A DNA stretch of 64,000 nt from Lingula anatina (lineage: Eukaryota; Animalia; Brachiopoda), in the NCBI GenBank assembly GCA_051362555.1, contig CM120646.1:16554001-16618000 (forward strand), written 5' to 3'. The notes below the pieces were generated by a model. That model did not search any database. It was given only the letters and a program-made list of their open reading frames with translations, and had not been told where the DNA came from. Positions within the stretch are counted from its first letter, which is position 1; each line of letters begins with the position of its first letter. Position numbers and translations under genes: made by a program. Shown here in pieces: positions 62,916-64,000 of the stretch.

Positions 62916-64000
62916 GGTCCCTATTTTATTTATTTCTTAAACAAGATCAACACGGTGATTACTATGAATATATACCGGTTTCTTAATTCAAATCTGACAC
63001 GACTCCCGACTCCCTTCACTTATAATGGCAAAACAAGAAAAAAAAACTTCAGATATACAGGCATTCCTTTTTATTGCAGTTATTATCATGCAAGGCTAAT
63101 AACAATCTTCAAGCAAGAAATGCACTGGCAGCATTTTGACGGGGTGAAAATAATAATGAACAAAGGTAGTGGCTGCACAAAATGCTAACTCCAAATAGTA
63201 AAATGTGCTAATTACAGGAACTCGGCCAATAAATACAGTATAAACCCCTCCCAAAAAAATTCCTCCGCACCCCCGCCCCTTAAATCTCCCTACACGAAAC
63301 CCGCCGCTTTCCCCATTTCACTACGTTTACATTCTTTTAACAATGGAAAACAGCATCACACATTGGGACACAAAGTCTGCGCTTGTAAATTCATCGTTTT
63401 CAATTTGATGCTCCCTAGTATGCCTTTGATGTCGACTGCAACCACCATCATACCAGGATTACAATGCGGCTCCAAAACTTCAGCTCTTTTAAGGTTGGAT
63501 GCACGCGATAATCCGTTTTAAATACATAGCATGTGTACCGATATTATTAATTGTGTTATAGTTGAAGCATTGTCTCTGGGACTGGTTTAATTGTTTATTT
63601 TACTGACGGTCAGTTGATGAATCTGTTGTGGCACGCCTCCATTGTATTGTATTGTCTACCAGTTAACATGACTGGCACTACTGTAGTATATTTAGTATAC
63701 AATATGTGGTATCCTTCTTCAATAGAAAAATTTACTTATCTTTTATATGGTGCTATTATGCTATCTTATATAGAGCAATTGTGTATTAAATGGATATTAC
63801 CCCCTTTAAGTGCAGTGAAATGGATTTTAGTTTTATGTGCGAGCAAATGTCTTTCTGAACGTTGATAGTGATTATGTGCACGACTCCCACTTCTGTGGTT
63901 TCCTAGGATGACAGTTTCTTTATAACAGCTCCATTAGTTTGAGACAAATATGTGAAATTATGTGGAATCTTTATTAAATGACCGCTGCTTTTGCCCAGAC

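Overview
AT-rich, intron-containing eukaryotic DNA from a marine invertebrate. EGF-plus-collagen genes are reminiscent of lophotrochozoans such as the brachiopod Lingula, but this taxonomic reading is inference only. Five protein genes can be built by hand. (1) A single-coding-exon orphan class A GPCR with degenerate activation motifs (minus, 6707-7702). (2) An intronless 445-aa type II membrane protein with motifs of fungal GT91/Bmt beta-1,2-mannosyltransferases and GH130-like beta-propellers (12518-13855), unexpected in an animal. (3) A 9-exon sorbitol/polyol dehydrogenase (minus, 20018-24035, 350 aa). (4, 5) Two tandem paralogous secreted EGF-collagens (36186-40927, 777 aa; 50029-54510, 779 aa) with signal peptide, one EGF, about 230 Gly-X-Y triplets and a 14-aa tail but no C-propeptide. 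Their lengths and helix register are matched while their chemistries differ, suggesting a heterotrimeric matrix or shell collagen system. The rest holds a PIF/Harbinger-like deletion derivative with its empty site next door, a 5'-truncated LINE, several MITE-like inverted repeats, a 153-bp inverted duplication, and micro- and minisatellites. All calls are from manual reading; no database searches were run.
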